Positions 48,100 to 58,402 of a stretch of DNA of 64,000 bases are shown here, in pieces. Both the position numbers and the translations under genes were made by a program. The notes under the pieces were generated by a model that saw only the letters and a program-made list of their open reading frames with translations, did no database searches and was not told the origin of the DNA. Position 1 is the first letter of the stretch, and every line of letters starts with the position of its first letter. The DNA is taken from contig CAIKAP010000199.1 in assembly GCA_903825435.1 (NCBI GenBank), forward strand, positions 1,771 to 65,770, read 5' to 3'. This DNA comes from an uncultured Verrucomicrobiota bacterium. Its GTDB lineage: Bacteria > Verrucomicrobiota > Verrucomicrobiia > Palsa-1439.

Positions 48100-50376
48100 A
48101 TGAAAATTACATCTGAAATTATTGCGAAACACGGTATCACGCCGGACGAGTACGAGCGGATCAAATCCATCCTCGGCCGCGAGCCGAATATCACGGAGCT
48201 GGGAATTTTCTCGGTGATGTGGTCGGAGCATTGCAGCTACAAAAATTCCAAACCGGAATTGAAAAAGTTTCCGCGCGAGGCCGATTTCATTTTGGTGAAA
48301 GCGGGCGAGGAGAACGCGGGCATCGTGGACGTCGGCGACGGCTGGGCCATCGCGTTCAAAATCGAATCGCACAATCATCCGAGCGCCGTCGAGCCGTTTC
48401 AGGGCGCGGCGACCGGCATGGGCGGTATCATCCGCGACATTTTTACGATGGGGTCGAGGCCCTTGATGGGATTCGATTCGTTGCGGTTCGGTTCGATCGA
48501 GGGCGACTCGGCGCAGGCGGCGACGAATCGCCGGTTGTTCGCGGGTGTTGTCGCGGGAATCGCGCACTACGGAAATTGTATCGGCATTCCGACGGTCGGC
48601 GGCGAAGTTTATTTCGACGACTCGTACAACGGTAATCCGCTCGTGAACGCGCTTTGTCTCGGCATTATTCGTCACGACCAGATTAAACGCGGTTGCGCGA
48701 AGGGTACCGGTAATCCGGTAATTTATGTCGGCAGTGCGACGGGCAAGGACGGTCTCGCGGGCGCGGCGTTCGCGTCGCGGGAGTTGACCGAGCAATCGCA
48801 CGTCGACCGGCCCGCGGTGCAGGTCGGCGATCCGTTCATGGAAAAATTATTGCTCGAAGCGTGTCTCGAAGTGATGCGGACGGAAGGGCTGGTCGTCGGC
48901 ATTCAAGATATGGGCGCGGCGGGATTGACGTGTTCGACGTGCGAGACGGCGAGCCGCGGCGGCACGGGCAACGAGATTGATTTGAACCTCGTTCCAAAAC
49001 GCGAGACCGGCATGACGCCGTACGAAATCATGTTGAGCGAATCGCAGGAGCGGATGTTGCTCATCGCAAACAAAGGCCGCGAGAAAGAGGTCGAGGAAAT
49101 TTTCCGGAAATGGGATTTGCACGGCGTGACGATTGGAAAAGTTACAGCGGACGGGATGATGCGGGTAAAGGTCGGCAACGAAATCGCCGCGGAAATTCCA
49201 GCGGCGAAATTGGCGGACGATGCGCCGGTTTATCATCGCGAGGCAGCGCAGCCGGAGTGGGAGTTGAAGAACCAGAGCTTCGACATTGCGACGGTAAAAG
49301 AGCCGCGGAATTGTCAGGCGATTTTACCGAAGCTGCTCGCGTCGCCGACGATTGCGTCGAAGAATTGGGTTTACCGGCAATACGATCACATGGTGCAGGA
49401 CGGCACGGCAGTCGCGCCGGGCAGCGACGCGGCGGTGATCCGTATCAATTTGAAACGGCCCGATCTCGGTTACACACCGAAGAAAGGCGAGCCGACGGAG
49501 AAATACATCGCGTTTACGACGGACTGCAACGGCGGTTATTGTTACCTCGACCCGTACGAAGGCGGCAAGACGGCGGTGGCGGAGGCGGCGCGCAATTTGG
49601 TGTGCAGCGGCGCGCGTCCGCTCGCGGTGACGGACAATTTGAATTTTGGTAATCCGATGGACCCGCACATTTTCTGGCAGTTCCGCCGGTGTGTCGAGGG
49701 ATTGGCGGAAGGTTGTCGCGCGTTCAACACGCCGGTAACAGGCGGTAATGTCAGCTTGTACAATGAATCGCCCGCAGCGGCGATTGATCCGACGGCAACG
49801 GTCGGAATGCTCGGCGTGATTGACGATCCGAAACACATCACGACGCAATGGTTCAAGGAATCCGGTCACGTGATTTTGTTGCTCGGCGAAATTGGCGACG
49901 AACTCGGCGGCAGCGAATATCTGAAACGCGTTCACGGTTTGAAGATCGGCAAACCACCGCGGATGGATTTGGTGTTGGCGAAACGAACGCACGATTTCGT
50001 GCTCGATGTTATCCGGAAAAATTTGGTGAAGAGTGCGCACGATTGCAGCGAGGGCGGCATCGCGGTGGCGCTGGCCGAGTGTTGCATGTCGAACGGCGAT
50101 TGCATGGTCGGCGCGAAGGTAAACTTGAGCGGCGCAAAGCAGCGCGTGGACGCGACGTTGTTCGGCGAAAGCCAGAGCCGCATCGTCATCAGCGCGACGA
50201 AAACCAATGCCGATAAGATTGCTAAAGCCGCTGTAAAAGCGGGGCTGCCGTTGACGAAGCTCGGCGTGACCGGCGGGCGGACGTTGAAGATTAAGACGAC
50301 GCGCGGCGAGTTGTCGTACGATGTGGCGAAATTACGCGACGCTTGGTGGAACGCGATTGGCCGGTTGATGGATTGA
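48100..50376 (+). CDS. purL: Phosphoribosylformylglycinamidine synthase subunit PurL
   Basis: Contains [12 protein letters not shown] and [20 protein letters not shown]. About 758 aa from the ATG at 48100. Confidence 0.92.
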   Translation: MKITSEIIAKHGITPDEYERIKSILGREPNITELGIFSVMWSEHCSYKNSKPELKKFPREADFILVKAGEENAGIVDVGDGWAIAFKIESHNHPSAVEPFQGAATGMGGIIRDIFTMGSRPLMGFDSLRFGSIEGDSAQAATNRRLFAGVVAGIAHYGNCIGIPTVGGEVYFDDSYNGNPLVNALCLGIIRHDQIKRGCAKGTGNPVIYVGSATGKDGLAGAAFASRELTEQSHVDRPAVQVGDPFMEKLLLEACLEVMRTEGLVVGIQDMGAAGLTCSTCETASRGGTGNEIDLNLVPKRETGMTPYEIMLSESQERMLLIANKGREKEVEEIFRKWDLHGVTIGKVTADGMMRVKVGNEIAAEIPAAKLADDAPVYHREAAQPEWELKNQSFDIATVKEPRNCQAILPKLLASPTIASKNWVYRQYDHMVQDGTAVAPGSDAAVIRINLKRPDLGYTPKKGEPTEKYIAFTTDCNGGYCYLDPYEGGKTAVAEAARNLVCSGARPLAVTDNLNFGNPMDPHIFWQFRRCVEGLAEGCRAFNTPVTGGNVSLYNESPAAAIDPTATVGMLGVIDDPKHITTQWFKESGHVILLLGEIGDELGGSEYLKRVHGLKIGKPPRMDLVLAKRTHDFVLDVIRKNLVKSAHDCSEGGIAVALAECCMSNGDCMVGAKVNLSGAKQRVDATLFGESQSRIVISATKTNADKIAKAAVKAGLPLTKLGVTGGRTLKIKTTRGELSYDVAKLRDAWWNAIGRLMD

Positions 50377-50388
50377 TGGAAAAAAATC

Positions 50389-50410
50389 GGGGCACAGTTG
50401 TCTGCGCCCC
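50389..50410. terminator. Bidirectional terminator-like hairpin between the convergent purL and lipoprotein genes
   Basis: ggggcacag (50389-50397) pairs with ctgcgcccc (50402-50410) with one mismatch. It is flanked by an A7 run upstream and a T-rich stretch downstream. Confidence 0.45.
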
Positions 50411-50431
50411 AATCTTGTTCGGAAGAAGTGA

Positions 50432-50785
50432 TTACTTCTTCATCGATTTTTGCAGGTCGCCGAGGGCGTTGCCGGCATCCTTCTGCGCCTTTTCCGCTTG
50501 CGCGGTCAGTTGCTTCTGGATTTGGGCGATGACATCCTGAATGGCTTGCTGCTGTTCCGGTGTCAACTTGGCCTGTGCTCCGAGGGCTTGAAGTTTCGCC
50601 AAGGCGTCGGTGTAGTTGCCCGCCTGAATGGCGGCAACGGCGGCGTCCACGCTGCTCTTGGTGGCCGGTTGTGCGGAGTTGAAACTACCCTCCAATTTAC
50701 CGGTGTTCACTCCACTCTTGCTACAGCCCGTCAGCACACTCATTCCGAGCAGGCAGGCGAGACCTATCCCTAGATACTGTTTCAT
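50432..50785 (-). CDS. Lipoprotein, hypothetical (Ala/Gln-rich helical)
   Basis: Signal peptide plus lipobox MKQYLGIGLACLLGMSVLTGC. The ATG at 50785 is chosen. Confidence 0.55.
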   Translation of the reverse strand: MKQYLGIGLACLLGMSVLTGCSKSGVNTGKLEGSFNSAQPATKSSVDAAVAAIQAGNYTDALAKLQALGAQAKLTPEQQQAIQDVIAQIQKQLTAQAEKAQKDAGNALGDLQKSMKK

Positions 50786-50935
50786 TGATGCGTTCTCCTT
50801 TCGCAAGACCAACCTAACACAACATTCTTCCGTCGCAAGCTTCTTCCATCGCAAGCGAGCCGGAACGCTTGCTATTTTGGCGCAGTTGGTTTATGAAAAA
50901 ATGCGGTTGGGAACCCACAGACATTTTTTCACGCC

Positions 50936-52435
50936 ATGAACTCTGACGACAACATGCAACCGCGGCATTATTGCGGTTTATTCGGCATCTACGGCCATCC
51001 GAACGCCGCTGAACTGACGTATTATGGTTTGTACGCGCTTCAGCATCGCGGCCAGGAAAGCGCGGGCATTACCGCGTCTGACGGCATTGATTTGCGTACG
51101 CACAAAGGCATGGGCCTTGTCGCGCAGGTCTTCGACAAGAGTACGCTCCGCGCGTTGCCGGGACATCTCGCGCTCGGCCACGTCCGCTACTCGACGACCG
51201 GCAGCTCGACGATTAAGAACGCGCAACCGCTCGTCGTGGATTGCGCGCGCGGCCAGATCGCCATCGGCCACAACGGCAACCTCACCAACGCCGCCCGCCT
51301 TCGTCGCGAGTTGGAAGAGCGCGGTTCCATTTTCCAAACCACCTGCGACAGCGAAATCATCTTGCATCTTCTCGCGCGTCCCTTCGACGGCGACCGTGTC
51401 CACTCGCTCGAAGCGGTGATGAAACGAATTCAAGGCGCCTACTCGCTCATCATCATGGGCGAGGACGAAATGATCGGTGTCCGCGATCCGTACGGTTTTC
51501 GTCCGCTCGTTCTCGGCAAACTTCCCGTCACCGGCGTCGAAGGCAGCGCCAATCGCATCGCCTACGTTCTCGCCAGCGAAAGCTGCGCGCTCGATCTCAT
51601 CCAGGCTGAATTTGTCCGCGACATCGCGCCCGGCGAAATCATCCTCATCAACAAAAACGGTCTCCACTCCGTCAATCCCTGGGCTGGCACGCAACAGCCG
51701 CACGCCTTCTGCATCTTCGAGTACATTTACTTCGCGCGTCCCGACAGCAATCTTTTCGGACGCAACGTCGCCGAAGTCCGCACGACCCTCGGTCGCACGC
51801 TCGCGCGCGAGCATCCCGTCGCCGCCGACCTCGTCATCCCCGTGCCCGACTCCGGCAACTGGGCCGCGATGGGTTACGCCGAAGCCAGCGGTGTCCCGTA
51901 CGGCAATGCCTTCGTCCGCAATCACTACATCGGCCGCACATTTCTCCAACCGAGCCAGCTCATCCGCGACTTCGCGGTCCGCGTAAAATTAAATCTCATC
52001 AACGAAATGGTTCGCGGCAAACGCGTCGTCGTCGTTGACGATTCCATCGTGCGCGGCACCACTGCCCGCTCGCGCGTTACCACGCTCCGCCAAGCCGGTG
52101 CGAAAGAAGTTCACATGCGCGTCAGTTGTCCGCCGCACATGTGGCCGTGTCCGTACGGCATTGATTTTCCGACCCGCAAAGAACTCATGGCCGCCAATAA
52201 TTCGCTCGACCAGATCCGCGATTTCCTCGGCGCCGACTCGCTCGGCTATCTTTCCTACGACGGTATGGTCGCCGCGACCGGTTTTCCTGCCAACGATTTT
52301 TGCGGCGCCTGCTACAGCGGCCGCTATCCGTCACCGCTCGACGACGAGATGAACAAATTCGGCATGGAACAACATCGCGTTCGCTCCACCGTCTCCGACC
52401 TCGTCCGCGAAGATAAACAACGACCACTGCTCTAA
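50936..52435 (+). CDS. purF: Amidophosphoribosyltransferase
   Basis: Propeptide followed by the nucleophile Cys in HYCGLFGIYGH, and the PRPP loop VVVVDDSIVRGTT. Confidence 0.92.
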   Translation: MNSDDNMQPRHYCGLFGIYGHPNAAELTYYGLYALQHRGQESAGITASDGIDLRTHKGMGLVAQVFDKSTLRALPGHLALGHVRYSTTGSSTIKNAQPLVVDCARGQIAIGHNGNLTNAARLRRELEERGSIFQTTCDSEIILHLLARPFDGDRVHSLEAVMKRIQGAYSLIIMGEDEMIGVRDPYGFRPLVLGKLPVTGVEGSANRIAYVLASESCALDLIQAEFVRDIAPGEIILINKNGLHSVNPWAGTQQPHAFCIFEYIYFARPDSNLFGRNVAEVRTTLGRTLAREHPVAADLVIPVPDSGNWAAMGYAEASGVPYGNAFVRNHYIGRTFLQPSQLIRDFAVRVKLNLINEMVRGKRVVVVDDSIVRGTTARSRVTTLRQAGAKEVHMRVSCPPHMWPCPYGIDFPTRKELMAANNSLDQIRDFLGADSLGYLSYDGMVAATGFPANDFCGACYSGRYPSPLDDEMNKFGMEQHRVRSTVSDLVREDKQRPLL

Positions 52436-52456
52436 ATTTCTTGTGGTAAGCTTATC

Positions 52457-52485
52457 GTTGTAGCTGCGCTTCTGTGAAGCGCAGT
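52457..52485 (+). repeat. REP element copy 1 (GTAG + hairpin)
   Basis: cgttGTAGctGCGCTTCtgtGAAGCGCag, a 7-bp stem with a 3-nt loop. Identical to 53003-53031. Confidence 0.85.
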
Positions 52486-52540
52486 CGTGCGGAAATTCGC
52501 ACTTGGCATATAAACATCACTGTAATTCTACAATTCAAAC

Positions 52541-52993
52541 ATGACACACGGAACGGGCAGGCCACCTCGACTTGCGGCAATTTTTCATCAACATGATGCA
52601 CCGGTGTTTTTCATCACCATTTACACAATCAATCGTCTTCCTTTGCTTGCCAACGACATTGTCCACACCGCACTGCGTGAGTTTGCTGAACGTGGACATC
52701 GGGAACGCAACATCGCCGTCGGACGATATGTGTTGATGCCCGACCATCTTCACCTGTTCGTCTGTGGTCCGACGGAGTTCGACTTGTCACAGTGGGTGCG
52801 GATGCTCAAACGAAAACTGATTCCAGAACCGAACCGATGGCAGCGCGGTTTCTTCGATCATCTTTTGCGAAACGATGAAAGCTATAATCAGAAATGGGAG
52901 TATGTACGCAAAAATCCGGTTCGAGCCGGATTGGTGATGCGGGCTGAGGAATGGCCATATCAAGGAGAAATCGTGGAGATTGACCGTGCATAA
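52541..52993 (+). CDS. REP-associated tyrosine transposase (RAYT; IS200/IS605-like Y1 HUH transposase)
   Basis: 150 aa. HUH motif in YVLMPDHLHLFV and catalytic Tyr region WEYVRKNPVRAGLV. It is flanked by REP hairpins. Confidence 0.85.
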   Translation: MTHGTGRPPRLAAIFHQHDAPVFFITIYTINRLPLLANDIVHTALREFAERGHRERNIAVGRYVLMPDHLHLFVCGPTEFDLSQWVRMLKRKLIPEPNRWQRGFFDHLLRNDESYNQKWEYVRKNPVRAGLVMRAEEWPYQGEIVEIDRA

Positions 52994-53002
52994 TGTAACA
53001 GC

Positions 53003-53031
53003 CGTTGTAGCTGCGCTTCTGTGAAGCGCAG
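53003..53031 (+). repeat. REP element copy 2
   Basis: An exact 29-nt repeat of copy 1, located 10 nt after the RAYT stop. Confidence 0.85.
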
Positions 53032-53062
53032 GGGATGAGGGAAAACAACAACCACACCCATC

Positions 53063-53087
53063 GGCGCTTCACAGAAGCGCCGCTACA
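53063..53087 (-). repeat. REP element copy 3 (inverted; forms a REPIN-like doublet with copy 2)
   Basis: ggcgcttcacagaagcgccgctaca is the reverse complement of tgtagcGgcgcttctgtgaagcgcc, which is the same hairpin and GTAG with one or two differences. Confidence 0.8.
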
Positions 53088-53138
53088 CCACCACACCATG
53101 CCTTGCTTTTCATCCTGGATTTCGCCACACTGTGTGCC

Positions 53139-54242
53139 ATGTCCACGCTCGACTACAAAGCTGCCGGAGTTGACTACGATATTCTCGACACGTTCAAACG
53201 CGCCTGCCAGCGCGCTGCCGCCACTACCGTCGGCAATCTTGCCCGGCACGGCACGACCGAACCGCGCGGCATCCGCGGCGAGAGCGCATATCTTATCGAG
53301 ACGCCGACGGAATATCTCGCGCACGTCGAGGAAGCGCTCGGCACAAAAATTCTCGTCGCCGACGCGATGTACCAACTCACCGGGAAAAGTTTTTACCGGA
53401 ACACCGCGATTGATGATGTCGCTACCATCGCTAACGACCTTTGCGCCGTCGGCGCGTTGCCGCTGAGCATCGCGATGTACGCCGGTGTCGGCGACAACAA
53501 TTATTTCGCCGACGAACGCCGCGCCGCCGATCTTGCCGACGGATTCGCCGAAGGCTGCCGTCAATCCGGCGCGGTCTGGAGCGGCGGCGAAACGCAGACG
53601 CTCAAAGGCATGATCACGCCCGGTACGGTTGTCCTCGGCGGCTCCGCGCTCGGTCGCATCGCGCCGAAATCAAATCGCATCGCTGGTGATATTACCGACG
53701 GCGACGCGATAATTTTTCTCGCCAGCAGCGGCGTGCAAACCAACGGCCTCACACTTTGCCGCGCGCTGGCCGAACGTTTACCGCAAGGTTATCTGACGAA
53801 ATTGGTGGACGGTCGCAGTTACGGCGAGGCGCTGCTCGATCCGTCGGTAATTTACGTCGGCTTTGTCGCCGCATGTCAGCAAGCCGGAGTGAAATTAAAA
53901 TACGCTGTTCACATGACCGGTCACGGCTGGCGGAAATTGATGCGGCTCGATGTTCCGGCTTTGTTCCGGATCGAAAGCGTCCCGGAACCGCAACCGGTTT
54001 TCGACATGATTCGTCAAGCCGCGCAACTCGACATGCGCGAAATGTACGGCACATTTAATATGGGCGTCGGTTTTGCCGTGTACGTCGCGCCTGGCGACGC
54101 GTCGCGTTGCGTCGCGGTGGCGAAGCAAAACGGTTTCGATGCGTGGCTCGCCGGTTCGATCCGGAAAGATGGCGGCCGTAAAGCCGTCGAGATTGTTCCG
54201 CTCGGTTTGAATTACGGCGGCGAGACGTTGCACATCCGCTGA
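53139..54242 (+). CDS. purM: Phosphoribosylformylglycinamidine cyclo-ligase (AIR synthase, divergent PurM-like)
   Basis: Starts MSTLDYKAAGVDYD. It has the AIR-synthase N- and C-domain layout (..DDVATIANDLCAVGA.., ..MTGHGW..). It is more divergent than the other pur genes. Confidence 0.75.
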   Translation: MSTLDYKAAGVDYDILDTFKRACQRAAATTVGNLARHGTTEPRGIRGESAYLIETPTEYLAHVEEALGTKILVADAMYQLTGKSFYRNTAIDDVATIANDLCAVGALPLSIAMYAGVGDNNYFADERRAADLADGFAEGCRQSGAVWSGGETQTLKGMITPGTVVLGGSALGRIAPKSNRIAGDITDGDAIIFLASSGVQTNGLTLCRALAERLPQGYLTKLVDGRSYGEALLDPSVIYVGFVAACQQAGVKLKYAVHMTGHGWRKLMRLDVPALFRIESVPEPQPVFDMIRQAAQLDMREMYGTFNMGVGFAVYVAPGDASRCVAVAKQNGFDAWLAGSIRKDGGRKAVEIVPLGLNYGGETLHIR

Positions 54243-54254
54243 ACGCGGGGCGAG

Positions 54255-54590
54255 CTATTTTTCGTTGTGTTTCCCGCCCTTGCCGGCGGTGGCGCTGGCC
54301 TTCGGCAGTTCGGCTTTACCGAGGCGGACGGCGGCGAGGTACTCGGTCAACAACGCCCTGTCGTCGCCTTGGAGCTTGGACATCGGCATCATCTTGTCGA
54401 GCCACTTGCCCCATTTCGCGTCGGTGTACGCCTTCGGGGCGATCGTGCCGCCGTGGCGCGGATGGCATTTCAGGCAGCCGGTCGTGAAGATATTTTGGCC
54501 CTTCGTGATCTGGTCGGCGGTCAGGTCGGCGGCGCGCACCGTGACGGTGGCGACCAGCACGACAACGAGGGAGAAGAGGAGTTGTTTCAT
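54255..54590 (-). CDS. Class I c-type cytochrome (monohaem), secreted
   Basis: Signal peptide MKQLLFSLVVVLVATVTVRA, haem motif CLKCH, and a distal Met region KMMPMS. Confidence 0.75.
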   Translation of the reverse strand: MKQLLFSLVVVLVATVTVRAADLTADQITKGQNIFTTGCLKCHPRHGGTIAPKAYTDAKWGKWLDKMMPMSKLQGDDRALLTEYLAAVRLGKAELPKASATAGKGGKHNEK

Positions 54591-54652
54591 GGCGTCATGA
54601 GTAGCCGCTAGCCGTTGCGATGTCAAGCGCAGTGCGGTAGGATGCCGCCGGC

Positions 54653-55132
54653 ATGAAACGGCGTACGAAAATCCTCCTCGCGATGCTGGCAGTGGCGGCG
54701 GCGATGTTTTTGCTGACTCGCTTTGTGGTCAAGCCGTTCGTGGTTGTCGGCGAAAGCATGTCGCCGACGTTGCGCTCGTGGGACCTCTGCCTGATGCAGC
54801 GCGTCTATCAATACCAGCCCCGTCGTGGCGACATCGTGATGTTCCGCACCGCCGACGATCCGCCGGTGTATTTCATCAAGCGCGTCATTGCCCTGCCCGG
54901 CGAGAGGGTGGCGGTGCATTGCGGCGCGGTGCAACTGAACGGCGCGCCGATGCCCGAGCCGTACACGACTGCCAACTCCGACTGGGAATTCACCGTCACC
55001 AACGTCCCTCCGGGCCGCGTGTTCGCGATGGGCGACAACCGCGCCGAGGGCGGCATGGAGACGTGGCGCGGCTTTGTCGCCACGCGGCTTGTCATTGGCC
55101 GCCTGATCTGGCATGGAAGATGGAAATCATGA
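54653..55132 (+). CDS. lepB: Signal peptidase I
   Basis: Catalytic Ser box GESMSPTL, Lys box YFIKRVIALPGE, and GDNR. Confidence 0.85.
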   Translation: MKRRTKILLAMLAVAAAMFLLTRFVVKPFVVVGESMSPTLRSWDLCLMQRVYQYQPRRGDIVMFRTADDPPVYFIKRVIALPGERVAVHCGAVQLNGAPMPEPYTTANSDWEFTVTNVPPGRVFAMGDNRAEGGMETWRGFVATRLVIGRLIWHGRWKS

Positions 55133-55977
55133 AATGGCGGCACACGGTCTGGCTATTGGTTGTGGCGCTGGCAGCAGCGTGCAGCCATTCGCCTGACAAA
55201 TCGCCTGTTTCGCACGACGCATTCACGCAGACGTGGACAACGCAGCCGGTGCTTTTCGTCGGGTTAGGCGACAGCGTGACGGCTGGTTTTGGAGCACGAC
55301 GCGGATATTCGTATTTTGATCGTCTGGCGAGGAATCCGGACGATGAGTCTGCCGACATGCGTGGTACTTGCCTCTCGAAGGTGTTGCCAAACTTGGTCAC
55401 GCGGAATCTGGCGGTCTCAGGCAGCACAAGCCTGCATTTGCTGGAGAAGCAACTCCCGCATCTGGAGGTGCAGCCGACCAACACTCTTGGCCTTGTGGTG
55501 ATCACCACCGGCGGCAACGATCTCATCCACGACTACGGACGTAACGCGCCGCACGAGGGCGCGATGTTCGGCGCGAGCTGGGAGCAGGCGCAGCCATGGA
55601 TTGCGAACTTCGAGAAGCGGCTGGACGCAATTCTGGATGGCGTTACGCAGCGTTTTCCCGGCGGATGTCACATCTTCCTTGCGAACATCTACGACCCCAG
55701 TGACGGCACGGGACGTATCCGTACCTCGGCTGTGTCGTTGCCGGACTGGCAAGACGGCGTGAAGATTCTTACCGCATACAACGACATCATCGCCCGCGTT
55801 AACACGAAACGGCCGAACGTCCATCTTGTGGATGCTTACGCAGCGTTTCGTGGTCACGGCATCATGGCCTCCGTCTCGCAATGCTGGTATTTTGGCAACG
55901 TCGAGGATCCCAACGAGCAGGGCTATGACGCGCTACGGCGATTGTTCCTTCTGGAAATGGCAAAGGTGATGAAATGA
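55129..55977 (+). CDS. SGNH/GDSL hydrolase family lipoprotein
   Basis: Lipobox VVALAAACS, block I FVGLGDSVTAGFG, and ITTGGNDLIHD. ATGA overlap with lepB. Confidence 0.75.
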   Translation: MKWRHTVWLLVVALAAACSHSPDKSPVSHDAFTQTWTTQPVLFVGLGDSVTAGFGARRGYSYFDRLARNPDDESADMRGTCLSKVLPNLVTRNLAVSGSTSLHLLEKQLPHLEVQPTNTLGLVVITTGGNDLIHDYGRNAPHEGAMFGASWEQAQPWIANFEKRLDAILDGVTQRFPGGCHIFLANIYDPSDGTGRIRTSAVSLPDWQDGVKILTAYNDIIARVNTKRPNVHLVDAYAAFRGHGIMASVSQCWYFGNVEDPNEQGYDALRRLFLLEMAKVMK

Positions 55978-56429
55978 AATGGCTTTTGCGAGCAGCGGCA
56001 GTCGGGCTGGTGGCGTGGCTGGCGTGGTACGGCTGGCAACGGATCTTCGTGACCGACGAGACCCGCATCAAACAGCTCGTCGCCACGATGGTGAACGCCG
56101 TCGAAAAGAACAAGACGCTCGTGCTCGCCGACTGCGTTGCGGGTGACTACGGCGACGACCGTGGACTGGACAAGTCCACCTTGCTCGGCATGATCCGGGC
56201 CACGCGCTCGCAATACGAGGCCCTGTTCATCCACATCAGCGACATGGCCATCCAGATTACCGACGACCGACAGAAGGCGCAGGCCACGCTCGTCGCCAAA
56301 GTCCTCACCAAACGCACCGGCGGCGGTGAGACTGAATTAAACGCCGAACGGGTCCGCCTGTTCTTCCGCAAGATCGACAACGGCTGGAAGATGACCCGCG
56401 TCGAATCCCCGGAGTTGAAGTTCGAGTGA
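55974..56429 (+). CDS. Hypothetical membrane-anchored NTF2/SnoaL-like protein
   Basis: N-terminal TM segment plus a ~120-aa domain whose pattern (..VAGDYGDD.., ..FFRKIDNGWKM) suggests an NTF2-like fold. ATGA overlap upstream and GTGA overlap downstream. Confidence 0.45.
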   Translation: MKWLLRAAAVGLVAWLAWYGWQRIFVTDETRIKQLVATMVNAVEKNKTLVLADCVAGDYGDDRGLDKSTLLGMIRATRSQYEALFIHISDMAIQITDDRQKAQATLVAKVLTKRTGGGETELNAERVRLFFRKIDNGWKMTRVESPELKFE

Positions 56430-56815
56430 ACCTGACCCGCCAGATCCCGCTGACCAAGGCGATGCGGTTCCGCATCGAGTACCTGCCGCCCCACACCGTT
56501 CGGGTTCACGTCCCGCTCGCGCCGAACCGCAACGACAAAGGAACTGCCTTCGCCGGGACGATCTATAGCGCGCTGGTGCTGGCGCCGTGGTGCCTGGTGA
56601 CGGCGCTGTTGAAAGAGCAGGGGACGAAGGCCGACGTGATGGTGTACCGGTCCGAGGTGAAGTTCCTCAAGCCGATCCGTGCGGATTTCGTGGCCGAGTG
56701 TTCTGTTCCGGATTTGTTCCGGAAGCTGGCGAAACGGCCCAAGCGTGTCACGCTGACGTCCAAAATCGGCGACACCGCCGTGTTCCGTGGCTCATTTTAC
56801 ATCTGCGCAAAGTGA
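56426..56815 (+). CDS. Putative hotdog-fold thioesterase (YiiD C-terminal-domain-like)
   Basis: 129 aa. ..NDKGTAFAGTIYSALVLAPW.. is typical of this small thioesterase family. Low-certainty family call. Confidence 0.5.
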   Translation: MNLTRQIPLTKAMRFRIEYLPPHTVRVHVPLAPNRNDKGTAFAGTIYSALVLAPWCLVTALLKEQGTKADVMVYRSEVKFLKPIRADFVAECSVPDLFRKLAKRPKRVTLTSKIGDTAVFRGSFYICAK

Positions 56816-56854
56816 TTGATACGCAGGGCGGATTCCGCTAGTGTGCGCGGCACT

Positions 56855-58390
<1,536 letters not shown>

Positions 58391-58402
58391 GGATTTTAAG
58401 TC

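Noticed and set aside
54778-55128. Long 5' extensions of the SGNH hydrolase ORF (also the TatD ORF from 61602 and the prenyltransferase-repeat ORF to 40630)
   Set aside because: These extensions overlap the well-supported upstream genes (lepB, the DUF2723 protein, lpdA) in other frames. Internal starts give proper signal peptides or conserved N-termini and create classic 1-4-nt stop/start overlaps.
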